A stretch of 64,000 nt of DNA from Convolutriloba macropyga (Eukaryota), in the NCBI RefSeq assembly GCF_964194025.1, contig NC_134468.1, forward strand, positions 59,272,001-59,336,000, in the 5' to 3' direction. Position numbers and translations under genes: made by a program. The notes under the pieces were generated by a model. It saw nothing but the letters and a program-made list of their open reading frames with translations, made no database searches and was not told the origin of the DNA. Below, in pieces: positions 1 through 11,876 of the stretch (position 1 is its first letter; each line of letters starts with the position of its first letter).

Positions 1-1077
1 TTGGATTGCGTTCACCGTCTGATCAGTTGAGGTGTCCTCAACAGAGTTAACATTCCAGCGAGTGGGCTTATTTGATGAGGACTTCGGTTTTCGGCACACT
101 CGTGAAAAATGATTTTGTAAACCACAGTTATTGCAGGTCTTGCCCCTTGCAATACACTTGTCCTTGTGGTTTGCTGACCAAGTTAAACCACAATTTCTGC
201 ATAGTTGATTTGATGGTCGAGTGAAGCTGGAAGTATTTGGCCGTTGACTTGTTTGTCGAAAGGATCGTTGAGAAATTACCGCGTTAACATGCGATTTGGG
301 TTGCGCATTTGTGATTTGCAGTTGGTTTCTTTGTCCTAGTTCCATATTTATGGCCAAACCCAGAATTTGATCTGGTTCAAGAGTTTCTCGTAGTAACTCC
401 CTCTGAGTTTCTGGGTCTTGCATGTTTGCAATAAACAAGTCTCTAATCAGAGTGTCCTCTTGGCTTCCGAGTTCACAATTCTCGGATATTTCCTTCAGTT
501 TGCCGAACAAGTGCTCCATAGACTCTCCCTTCGACTGTTTGGTAGTGGGAAGCATATACCTATCAAAGGTAATATTTCGTTGGCGGATAAATGTTGCTTC
601 CATGATGTTCCAAAGTTCTACTGTTGATAAGATGTCCATCTTGAGGGGCGGATTCCTGCTACAAACAATTCGTCTTCCCTCGGTGCCCAAACTGAGATAT
701 AGCATCGACACAGTCTTTCGGTCTGCCTGTGCCCACGGTTTGTCCCCACACATGATTCCTATCTCCATTTGTTTCCGGCGGCGATTTTCCCAATTCATTT
801 TTAGTTGTGCGTTCCTTGCTAGTCTTTCCCTCTCCTATTGTGCCGACGATCCTGTTATTGTTTTCTCATAGATGGGTTCAAGTGGTAGTTGTACTGTTTC
901 GGGTTTCGGTTCCAGTAGAGTGTCTAGAGCAATATTTTCTTTCGCAAGGAGAGCCAATTTAGCCTGCATCTGCCACTTCTCCCACTTCAGTGGGGGATCA
1001 GCACTAGGTTTTTCCCAAAAGGGCTCAATGCCAAGTGGGGTCCGCTTTTGGGTTGCTGACTGCACCGTGTCGTACAC
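1..1077 (-). mobile_element. Gypsy-like LTR retrotransposon gag fragment, runs off the window start
   Basis: ORF 835-1077 (PLGIEPFWEKPSADPPLKWEKW) resembles a Gypsy gag N-terminus. The minus strand at ~90-204 encodes tandem zinc knuckles CRNCGLTWSANHKDKC and CNNCGLQNHFSRVC. A stop at 835-837 interrupts it. Confidence 0.8.
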
Positions 1078-2689
1078 AAATGAAATTATGTACTTGATTT
1101 TGAGTCATGAGTTACGATTACGTTTCCACTTTGCTAACTTGCGCGGCGGGTGCGCTTAGCACAGTTTATAAATGAATTCGCTTAGCGAATCGCTTGACAA
1201 ATACTTGTCTAGTTTACTTGACTAGTAAAGACGATTAGCGAAGAATAAGTTAATTATGCAACTGTTCGCGAAATGCAAAACTAAAAGAGTGATACTGAAA
1301 GTAAAATGATATCTCAGAAGTCACAACAAACATGAACAAAAATTTCCTGATGCGGGAATTAGGGTAACAGACTAGTGCATGAAATAACAATGAACTACAC
1401 TTGACTTCTACACATGCCCTTCAGGAATAAGTACACTAAAATAAAATAAGTACATCGTATAATAAATTTGCTGCACTAAATTAATTGATGATGTATGACA
1501 GTGGCTTTAACATCATGAACACACTAAACTTTTTTTTAAACGTCAAAAATGCTGACATTTAAAACGTTCACAAATGAATAGATCAATGTTATTTTTGAAG
1601 AATTCGATCTGTTCCGTACAATTGAGCAATTTGGAAAAAAATCAATTTAGAAATTGTCCTCCAAGGTTTCAGAGATACCCAGGATGAGGTCCCAGACAGA
1701 AAGTTATCAGATTTTTGCTTAAAAGCAGATAAAAAATTTTTATGTCTATACGTGCAGCTGTTATCAAATTTCTGAATTAGAAAAAGTAAGATAAATTTTA
1801 CAATTGGAACTGAAAAGTTAAAACCTTTACAAGCTCAAAATTTTAAATATGAGGAAAATAAAAATTTTTTCTTTTCCTTGATTTGAAATATCTGCTAATT
1901 TTGGCAGATTTTGCTTGATTTTAGAAATTAAGAAAATACAAAAAAAGCTTGACGAGCACAAACAAGGTACCTTGGTTTTGGAATTCTCTTTGATGTGAGA
2001 ATTTGTTCATTCTAGCTATCAATTCCAAAATGTTTTTCAACTTGACAAAAACTGTTTCTTAGTGTTTTGTTAGTCAGTAAAAAGTTTAAATAATTTTACT
2101 TGGCGTTGTTGTTTTTACGTAGAGGTAGGGCGGCTCTACCGTCAGAGACAAATAAAATTTTACACTGTGCTGTTCGTTTAGTGGTCTTAAATCTGTCCGG
2201 ATATTACGTTTTTGCTGTTCACTTTTGTGAACTGTAATATCCGCTATATAGTAGATTACCGTGTCATTACTTTATCATCAATTAATCCGAATAACTAACC
2301 GTTCACCTCTGCTGTTCAACGACTTCGTTTTGCTCAGATTAAATATTAATTCAAATCGAACAATCAAGTTCTGCTTGAGTTTTGGTTAATATCTCAAGTT
2401 ATAAAAGCATAATCCCAAATGCCAAGCCCTAGAATTTTGTCCTAGCCACTGGTTAGGCAGATAATTTCTATGGCCGAAATAAAATTTTACGAAAAGCTTT
2501 TGTTCAAATAAAGTTAACAAATCTATTAAAAACTGCACTTTGTGCTGTTCAGTGCTTTCAGTTGCTCGAAAACGCAATTAATCATTTATGCTAGTCTTCG
2601 TTAAAGCTAGTAAGAGAAACTAACTTGATGTTTTCAACAATGATTCTTTTACGTAGGAACTTTGTTCCTCAAAATGAAAGTTTGAGAAA

Positions 2690-5280
2690 ATTAAAGTTAG
2701 TTCGTTTTTAACTGGTCAGAGTTAGTTTAATTGTGCAATTACTAACATGATTTACAGAAACGAAAATCAATAACAAGAAAATTACCGCTTAATGAAATTC
2801 GCTTCAATACTCACTGTACGTCTGCCTAAAATAAGCAAAATTGGAATATTCAACTGTTAGCAACCAACTGATATTGATAATACTCATGCTATTTACACTG
2901 CCATACATGTCAATTCTGAACTGTAGATTGGGTCGAGATAAGTATGTGGTACGAATCTTTAAATACTCTGAGTTCGGGTTCCCCGCAGTTTCTGAATTGG
3001 TATACATTTCACAAAAAAGTCTGAAATTGGCATGCCAAATTTGGTACGTCGTACTACCTTTGAGCTTAATTCGTTGTAAAAATAGATTTGAATCCGTAAT
3101 TCAAGAAGTGCGCCAATGATGATTTACTGATATTGAGGTTGTTCAAGTTCGAATATCAGTTCATGTTTGAGAATCACGTACTAATAACTGCTACATAACA
3201 TAAATGTTGACAAAGATGACCAAATCAATTTGGCTTCGATAAAACTTGTCATGCTAATCTATGTTTATGGCAGCGGCCGTATCAGTCTTTTCTTCTAACG
3301 GGAAAACATCAATTTCTAGTAGCACAGGAGCAAGCGTCACTACTGGTCTCTTATAAACTATTCGTTCGAAGTATCGCTGATCAAATCTCAACGACAGACC
3401 CGTCGATTGTCTCCGTAGCGCGACCCATATTCAAATATCCACGCTTTTTGCTGTTTTTAAGCAACCAAACAAGATTGCATCTTCTCTTTTCAGGTTTTCG
3501 TTTGCCTTAGATTGCCATTTCTGCCGAATAGTCACAATTGAAAAACACTCTTTTTGAAATCAGTCCTAAAAGAAATTTGTATAAACTTGAGTTTGTAGAA
3601 ACAGTTTTCGATTTTCGTTAAATTTTTTTGCGCATTGCTGGGTCAGCATAAGTTCTTTTTGTTAAGAACGAAGATATGGGGTGTTACTGCATCTAAGTCA
3701 TTAGGGTCTGAACTGACTGGAGGCAACGGTCTTGCGTTCAATGTTTGCTCTACAAAAACATCGCAGTTGAAAGAACATCCTCAGTGACTGATCTGTTCCC
3801 CAACACTGCATTCCTTGCTTTTTGCAAGTTCTGGCCAACCGTTACCATACTCCTCTATAATGAGGTGCTGCGGGCGGTTTGAATTTTCATGTAATTCCTC
3901 ACTGAGTTAGATGATCTTCAACCCTTTCTGTGTTTCAGACTTCCCCGTACTCTTCAAACTCTCGCTTAACTCCAACAGAGATGTTCGTTGTTGCTCATGA
4001 TTGTACTTGGTTTGCTTCTTCGCTCAATAATTCGCATAAAAGCATGAAGTGCCCAACTTGTGTAACACTTCTATATGCACCGCTCTCTTAGTTAGACAAG
4101 TGAGCAGATAACAACATCGCTTTTCGTTTTTTCGCACAGGAGTTCTAAAAGTTTTGGTTGCATCTAATTGCTCTTCGATTAGATCGGCTTTTACTGGTGT
4201 TATCGTTTTTGCTCTGCCTTTTCCGCAAGTAACACACTTGTTCTTGATTCATCGTAAGATCTTTGTTTGCCTAGGATCCGCATCTTCTGGTGAATTATGT
4301 TTCTTACGTGCTCTGTGCCATTGTGCTGATTGTTCCTGTGTTCGTTTCACAAGAATAATTCAAATGCATGACGTTTCCAATGTAGAAATAATGGATGCTT
4401 TGCATTCATTTCTAATTCACTTTTGCCTATTCCGCCTTTGGGCCGAATATGTCCTTCTTCATCAACAAACGTTTTGATGTGCGTTTTTTGCAACTTTTTG
4501 GAATTTCTCTTTCACCTTTAAAAGACTTCATCTCTTACCCCCAACGCTTCTCGCAGTAGTAGCTTGAAGATGATTGCTTTCGCTTTTTTTGTCTTCAACG
4601 CTTACTGAAAATGTACATTTCAGTACATTCAATTGCTCAGAAATGCTATTAGTGATCTATGATAGGCTTGTAAAAGCGTGGGAAGAAACTGAAATTATGC
4701 TTTCTACCAAGTTTTTTTTACTTAGAAATTTTGTTTCTCAAAAGAAAAGTTTGAGTAGATTAAATATAATTCTCTTTTTACTATACACAGTTATTGAAAG
4801 CGTGCAATCACTAATATGTTCTACAGAAAGCAGACTCAATAACAGGAAAACTACCACTCAAGTAATTGCGCTTCAATGCACACTGTATGTTAGCTTAATG
4901 TAAGCAAAATTTTTAGCAAAATTGAGCAAAATATCTTCCACTGTTAGCAACCATCTGGTTTTGATAATACTCAAGATATTTGTAATGCCGCACATGTCGA
5001 TTCTGAACTGATGATTGAATCAAGATAACTATGTCGTAAAATTCTTTAAACACACTGAGTTCGAGGTTCGGGTTACTTTAAAGAGTGCCAAAGTTCACTG
5101 TATTCGGCAAAGTAACTTCTTTATCTCGTACTCATTTGAGCTCAACTCAAATTCTTGTAAAAATAGGATCGATTTCGTTATTCAAGAAAACGTGGCAAAG
5201 ATGATTTCCTTATATTTACGTAATTCGAGTTTCAGTTTCAGTTCATGTTAAATAATCATGTACTGATAGCCACTAAATAT
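2690..5280 (-). mobile_element. Internally deleted, degenerate BEL/Pao LTR element with diverged flanking direct repeats (~2690-3200 and ~4750-5280)
   Basis: The minus strand at 3300-3900 gives BEL integrase-region motifs KFKPPAAPHYRGVW, LNARPLPPVSSDPNDLDAVTP and DUF5641-like VYKRPVVTLAPVL. The flanks share ~500 bp of diverged direct repeat. Boundaries are approximate. Confidence 0.7.
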
Positions 5281-6919
5281 AAATTCTCTAATTTCATGGT
5301 TTTCTAATTTCACTGTTCGGTTTGGTCTGGAATTAATCTGGTTAGTAATTAATTGCAGCCAACGTAGATAAGCGCAATTTTATTTTGATAAGCACTATTT
5401 GTCAAAGAATTTATTTTGCTCTAACACTGCCCAATACTCAAAATATCTAAAAGAGTAGATCAATAAACTCATCTGAAAACTATATATCCATCTTGAAATA
5501 GTTTTCATTCCAAAGATCTTTTTCAAATGGTGTACTTGTTAAATGTGCATGGAAACATTTTCCAATTTGTTCTAAAAAATTTTTTTGAACACGTAAATAA
5601 CTGCATATTTCTTCACAGTTGTCCATGTTGAAGCATATCAAGACAATTTTTTCATCGGAGACATTTTAGTTTTACAAAAATTCTGGTGCTGAGCGCTCTG
5701 TCTCTGTGATATGATCTCTTGTGGTACAGTAATTTCCCGGAAAAAAATACTTTTCTTTTAATTAGTTTGTTGTTTTGAAAATTGCAATTTTTTCCCGATA
5801 ATTTTTATGAAAAAAAACTAAAACATTCGGATAGCACTTAGATTTAACAGAGAAAAGTTTTCGTTTTCAAAGGAACTTGAAGCAGATCTTGTAAATTGAC
5901 ACAATTGCAGAACCATGTTCTCACCGGAAAGAATTCTGTTGATAGATAACACAAACAGTTCTCGTTAAATTATATACCCCAATATCTACAACACAACTGA
6001 GATATTATTAGATCCCTGTAATTTAGTTGAAGTAGCTTCAAAAGTGCTGCGTAGAAAGAAAAGCAAATTAAATCCTTGGTAGTTCGTTCGGAGCAAACTT
6101 TATTTTTTTGATAGAAATTTATATAAATCCAAAATTATCTTCACTTTTTCAATAGAATTTTCTTTTTCCGACAGACGGCAACCAAAACATTGAGTCAACA
6201 AATTGAGTCTTTTTAACTCTTATGTCAATGCTTTCCAAAAACTATTTTTGTAGAAATTGAACTGAAAGTCTAAAACTGTCAAGTGAAATACACCATTATT
6301 GCTCTAGCTAAGGAAGGAATAGCATCTAGTTCTTCTCTTTATCCATTTGATAGCATTCGATAGGGCAACAACTTATGCAATCAATTTTACCGCACCTGAA
6401 AAATCGGTAGAACGTGAATTGAACTCGAATTAGCCGGAAGGTGGATTGCTTTACTGCATTCACTAATGCCAGATTGTAGCTCAGCTCTTTTTTTTCAACT
6501 TGCATAGCTTACTCAAAAAAGGCCGATACTGCACCCAGCATATCTGACTTGGCGTTGTGAACGGAACAAATAACTGAATACATTTCTGGTGTTACCGGTG
6601 TGAATTTGATATTGCAATAATATCGGTTACACACAAACCTCTGTATACACCTTTGAAACACAAAATTAGAAGGGCAACAACCAAAAAAAAACAGTTAGTT
6701 CTGTTAAAACGATCAAAAAATTTGGAAATCGATGAGTCATATAAATGCGTTCAAACTAAATTAGCTAATGATATGCGAAAACACCGATGTTCAAGAAGTT
6801 GTAGGACTTCTACTGAGTGCATTACAGACCACTCAATTTGCACCTATGCTGGTTAAATGTCTCGTTCTTGTTGCCTTCTCGATAAGACTCAAAGATATTA
6901 AACTATTATTAAATTTCAG

Positions 6920-7276
6920 TTGTCCAGATATAACAGTCTAATTACGTTTTTAAGAAATTTTTGGGAGCTATTTTCAGTGAAGTGGGTAAAATCTGCTATT
7001 TATAACAGTTCGTGCCGTATTATTCGTTTTGATAAAGCGCCTAAGATGCAAGTTCATCTGGGCAAATCAATCCTGCAACATAAACAGTCCGTCGAAGATC
7101 TTGGTCTTACTGTGCAAAGCGATTTAACTTGGATCCAGCACGCAGAAGCCAGAATTGAACTTTCCAACAATTTTTTCCATCAAATTAAAAGAAACTTTTC
7201 AAGTAACCTCACAATCTCGGAAATTCTTGACTTAAATTATGTTTTTGCCTATATAATTTTACTAGAAAAATTTTGA
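6920..7276 (+). mobile_element. LINE (CR1/L2-like) reverse transcriptase C-terminal remnant
   Basis: VEDLGLTVQSDLTWIQHAEARIELSNNFFHQIKRNF matches the post-RT motif (kDLGv.id..L.w..Hi) typical of CR1/L2-group LINEs. Confidence 0.6.
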
Positions 7277-7741
7277 TATAAAATTATGTAAAATAGTACA
7301 GGTTATGAGCTCTGCGTGAGGTCACTTTTGGCCAAACACGACTTACTATACTGATGGGACTATACTATATACCTTTAAACTGCTTCAAGGCATGACAAGA
7401 CTAGGCTTCTTTGCAGCCTGTTGATGACCTGTTGGAACTGAGTAATAAGTTTGTGCTGAGTGGATAACATGTCCTTAGCTCCCGAAAACCAATTTATATC
7501 AAAAGTTTAGCACTGAAGTACTCAAAAGACTCTTAATTTCCTAAAACAGAAAAAAAGTTATACTTAAACATCAAAGAAATGGGAAACAAATACAAATTCA
7601 AGAAATGAGAGTCGACTTCATTACTGGGGTTTTTCCCATTATAACCGTCAACCTCAATCTCTTCTCTATAAATAGAATTCCATAAAAGTAAATTTCGAAG
7701 CAGTTGGTATGTTCCTTAGTTTCATGACTATATCTAATGTA

Positions 7742-8169
7742 TTAACGCGCAGAACTCGTGTTTGTGCTTGAATTCACTAATAAAGAATTTTTTGCGTCAA
7801 CAATCCAGTGGTAGAAATGTGGTATGTTTGTAAAGTAACTTCCGGCGTTACAAAACTTTCCAGTCCCGACAGATACTACAGCTGAGGATACACCGTACAA
7901 ACATTTCACTTTTCCGCCTTTCACTGCGTACAGAGGACCCCCGGAATCACCCATGCAGGTGCTTTTTTCTGTTACTACTGGGCAAATTCTATCAGCTCTG
8001 CACTCAGATGAGTTCTGGGGTTCTTCAAATGTGGTTTCCATTAGAATTTTAGAGCTTTTGATGGGGTATTGGGTAACAGTCAACCCAATCCCGCATGCTC
8101 TCAGGTCGGTTCCCGCTGGTTCCTTTTCCTTGCATAATGGTATTATTCGATTTCTGGGGAGCATGCCGT
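7742..8169 (-). CDS. Serine protease exon 3 (catalytic Ser)
   Basis: IIPLC...STCMGDSGGPL...YGVSS...FTNIPHFYHWI, stop at 7742. Confidence 0.88.
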
Positions 8170-9087
8170 CTGTTTTGGAATCTTTTTTGCTTCCAATAAC
8201 CTTAATTTTTTGCGCACTTGATCAAGCAAACAAATTATAGCCCCCACCCCTCATTTTGGTATTATTACAGAATTGAGGGTAATTATAGGATATCAACGCT
8301 AAGCTGGGGAGGGGTATATTGCGAAATGCCGTTTTTATTATAACCCCCTTCTACCCTCAAAAAAGAAAACCCCCCATTAGGTTATGTTAACTGTTATTTG
8401 GTGGTAGTGAATTTAATAAGAAATATTCTAAAGGCTACTTCAAAAAAGTACAAAAACAAGGCGATGGGTGGATAAATCTTGTTTGCTAAACCCTTGTAAA
8501 TAAAAGAGACCCAGTTTTAAAAATCTAAAATTAGAATTGTAAATCTAAAAAACAAAAAAGATGCCTGTTTTGATTACGGCCACGTCATTTAAAAGAGAAT
8601 CACGGACAAACCCCTCGTTAACTCGGACAGCTGTCGTTTCTAGAGTCACTCGCCAGCCCTCCCGAGAAGTGAAATCACCATACTGTACAGTGATTGAAGT
8701 ATTGGGATAGATACAATGGGCTGCAGTTAAAATTATGTTCTCGCCTATTATGCTACCACCGCAGTACTTCCATCCAAAGGTCAATCTCACGTAAAATAAC
8801 CGATTCACAGACTTGTACCCGTTTATTATTGCTCTCTCTTCTACATTTCTGCTCACATCTGGGGGCAGGTCTTTCCCATTATAGCCAAACCCCAACCCCT
8901 CGATAATGCACCCCCCTTAAGGTTTAATTATGGAAATTAAGTGGCTATACGTTATATGAGGGGGGGGGGGGGGTTCTATACGTTATGGGGGGAGCTACGC
9001 TATATGGGAATTACCTGATCTTTCAACATTTTGCACAACATTGCTGTGCATGAACGAGAGAAAGGTCAAAACAAAAATTTTACTCAT
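7742..9087 (-). CDS. Secreted S1A (chymotrypsin/elastase-like) serine protease, ~264 aa. Exons 9015-9087, 8565-8858 (or 8870), 7742-8169
   Basis: Signal-like MSKIFVLTFLSFM, mature N-terminus IING, and an intact triad LTAAHC / NDVAV / GDSGGP. Ser at the S1 position (KSTCMGDSGGP). The exons join in frame through two phase-1 introns; the splice model is inferred. Confidence 0.8.
8178..8564. mobile_element. TIR element with 8-bp TSD forming protease intron 2 (Introner-like)
   Basis: TSD CTGTTTTG at 8170-8177 and 8565-8572. Ends GAATCTTTTTTG / CAAAAAAGATGC are an 11/12 inverted match. Confidence 0.8.
8565..8858 (-). CDS. Serine protease exon 2 (His and Asp of the triad)
   Basis: IINGY...CGGSIIGENIILTAAHC...LNDVAVIKT. 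Confidence 0.85.
8866..9017. mobile_element. MITE occupying protease intron 1
   Basis: Ends CAGGTCTTTCCCATTATAGC / GCTATATGGGAATTACCTG. Same TIR family as 9925-10044. Confidence 0.75.
9015..9087 (-). CDS. Serine protease exon 1 (signal/propeptide)
   Basis: ATG at 9087, MSKIFVLTFLSFMHSNVVQNVERS, donor CAG|GTAATT. Confidence 0.65.
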
Positions 9088-9714
9088 AGCAGATGCTAGT
9101 GGATCTGTTGATTGTCAAGTTAGTGTTTTGTATGACAAATGCTATGGAAAGGAAGTAATTAATTCACGAGAACTTTTCCCGCTCTTTTTGACCAGCACTT
9201 GTTCTCACGAAATAAACATAGTTATTTTCTAGCGGTAGAACTAATTAAGATTAAAACACTCACGTGCACATTTTAAAATGCCGAAAGTCTGCAGTGCCCG
9301 AAGTCAAAATGCCAGAAGTTGCTACTTAGCCAGAAGTTGAATTTCGTTGACTTTCGTCATTTCAAAACGTGCGTGTTTCGTGTTTTAAGCATGGTTGAGT
9401 GACTCTGCAGAAGTCACTTCGAAATTCTAACTTAATATCTCGGACAGTTTCGCGGTTCTCGATAAACGTCAGAAGTTCTCAGTGACTTCAAGCAGAGTCA
9501 CTTAACTATTACTTAAAAGTGAGTCAAAAATCAGGGTGAAATGTCAAAAAGAATATTACCACACGGTTGTTATCGCTCCCGAGAAGATATCCAACTCCAA
9601 GGCGAAACCGAGGTGTTATGATAACTTCGAGGACGATAACAACCGTGTGGTATTTTTTTCAATCAACACCTGTTGCGATCATTCCAAAATTGAACACAAT
9701 TTTATTGATTTTTC

Positions 9715-9874
9715 GGATCTATTCTGTTTCGGCCCCTCAGTGTTTTTTATGACCCCCAGTTACAAATTGTATCTTGTTATATAGCACGTTACTATGTAAC
9801 AAAATAGCACGTGCACCTGGGGGTCATAAAAAATTTATGCTCACTAAGCGGGGGGGGGGAAACAGAATAGATCC
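9715..9874. mobile_element. Merlin-like MITE
   Basis: Perfect TIR GGATCTATTCTGTTTC / GAAACAGAATAGATCC. Perfect 8-bp TSD GATTTTTC (9707-9714, 9875-9882). Confidence 0.85.
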
Positions 9875-9924
9875 GATTTTTCAATTTTATTTTTTCTGGA
9901 TAATTACATTTTCAAAGGTCAGTG

Positions 9925-10044
9925 GGGTATTTCCCATTATAGCTCCCCCATGAAATTATAACACCCTATTATGGTATAGTTACCATGATTGGGGGGCTAT
10001 AGGTTACATGCCCATTAAGCTGGGGGCTATAATGGGAAAGACCC
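9925..10044. mobile_element. Merlin-like MITE (second TIR family)
   Basis: TIR GGGTATTTCCCATTATAGC / GCTATAATGGGAAAGACCC. TSD GGTCAGTG / GGTAAGTG. The paralogous empty site (single GGAAAGTG) is on the minus strand near 11930. Confidence 0.8.
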
Positions 10045-10094
10045 GGTAAGTGATACTTCGGATCTGTTCTTCGTTTTGTCCTCATGCGCCCCCC

Positions 10095-11876
10095 ACACAT
10101 ATATACACACAGACACCGACACACGCACATACATACAAACACACACACTTTCACACACACGCACACACACACTTAAACACACTTACACACACACAAACAC
10201 ACACACACATACACCAATACACACACACCCACGCACGCACGCAGAAACACACACTCACCACAAACAATGCATACACCGCACCCAACACACCTCTTACTCA
10301 CTCTACACAAACACCATACACCACATACACACACCACACACATAACACACACACACACATGCAAACCACACACACACACACCCACACACACACGCACACA
10401 CTCGCACACTCATACGCGCGCACATGCAAACAGACACACCCACTCAAAAGCTCGCAAGCACGCAAGCACACACACTGACACACGCANNNNNNNNNNNNNN
10501 NNNNNNNNNNNNNNNNNNNNNNNNNNNNNNNNNNNNNNNNNNNNNNNNNNNNNNNNNNNNNNNNNNNNNNNNNNNNNNNNNNNNNNNNNNNNNNNNNNNN
10601 NNNNNNNNNNNNNNNNNNNNNNNNNNNNNNNNNNNNNNNNNNNNNNNNNNNNNNNNNNNNNNNNNNNNNNNNNNNNNNNNNNNNNNNNNNNNNNNNNNNN
10701 NNNNNNNNNNNNNNNNNNNNNNNNNNNNNNNNNNNNNNNNNNNNNNNNNNNNNNNNNNNNNNNNNNNNNNNNNNNNNNNNNNNNNNNNNNNNNNNNNNNN
10801 NNNNNNNNNNNNNNNNCACACAAGACACGCACCACACTCACACCGCACATATCCCACACAAACCACAAACAATCACCGCACACACACCACCCACACCACA
10901 CACCACACACAACGCACATCACACACCACACACGTTTTTTAATCAACACCTGTTGCGATAGTTAGTCAACACCAGTTAAATAAACTGCCAGTGTAATAAA
11001 TTTTAGTGCCCGATCGACACTGGAAAAACACGTCAGCATTAGACTGCGAGTTTATCACACTCTTTTATCGCCACTGTTACTAAACAAACATTGGCGATAA
11101 AAGAGTGGTGATAAACTCGTACTCTAATGATGGAAACAGTTTGATAGACGTGTAGTCTAAAAAAACTTGTGNNNNNNNNNNNNNNNNNNNNNNNNNNNNN
11201 NNNNNNNNNNNNNNNNNNNNNNNNNNNNNNNNNNNNNNNNNNNNNNNNNNNNNNNNNNNNNNNNNNNNNNNNNNNNNNNNNNNNNNNNNNNNNNNNNNNN
11301 NNNNNNNNNNNNNNNNNNNNGTGTGTTTGCGTTTGTGTATGTTTGTGTGTGTGTATGTGTGCGTGGGTGGGTGTTTGCATGTGTGCTTTGATAAACTTGT
11401 AGTCTAAAAATACTTGTGTGGCGTGTGTGTTGTTTGTGTGGTATGTGTGTGTGCGGTGTGTGCGTGTCGTTTGTGTGTCTCTGTGTGGTGTGCTTGTGTT
11501 GTGTGTTTGTGGGTGTGTGTGCGCGCGTATGTGTGTGTGTGCGTGTGTGTGTTTGCGTGTGTTTGTGCGTGAGCGTGTGNNNNNNNNNNNNNNNNNNNNN
11601 NNNNNNNNNNNNNNNNNNNNNNNNNNNNNNNNNNNNNNNNNNNNNNNNNNNNNNNNNNNNNNNNNNNNNNNNNNNNNNNNNNNNNNNNNNNNNNNNNNNN
11701 NNNNNNNNNNNNNNNNNNNNNNNNNNNNNNNNNNNNNNNNNNNNNNNNNNNNNNNNNNNNNNNNNNNNNNNNNNNNNNNNNNNNNNNNNTACGTCCTTTT
11801 GCGTGTGTGTTTGTGTGGATGTGTGTCTGTGTGTGTGCAAGTGTGTGTGCGCGTGTGCATGTGTGTGTGTGTGTGA
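10095..11876. repeat. Degenerate (CA)n then (TG)n microsatellite tracts with three N runs, inside a fold-back structure spanning ~9550-12335
   Basis: CA-rich 10095-10933 and TG-rich 11320-11876. Inverted homology between 9551-10085 and 11893-12117, and between 10940-11160 and 12118-12333. Confidence 0.9.

Noticed and set aside
422-1159. Plus-strand ORFs of 149 and 95 aa (similarly 7953-8240, 37487-37792, 54857-55174)
   Set aside because: They are antisense shadows of minus-strand coding sequence.
8545-8895. ORF-track N-terminus MGFGYNGK and C-terminus GIFFVF for the protease
   Set aside because: Both ends are read-through into MITE sequence.
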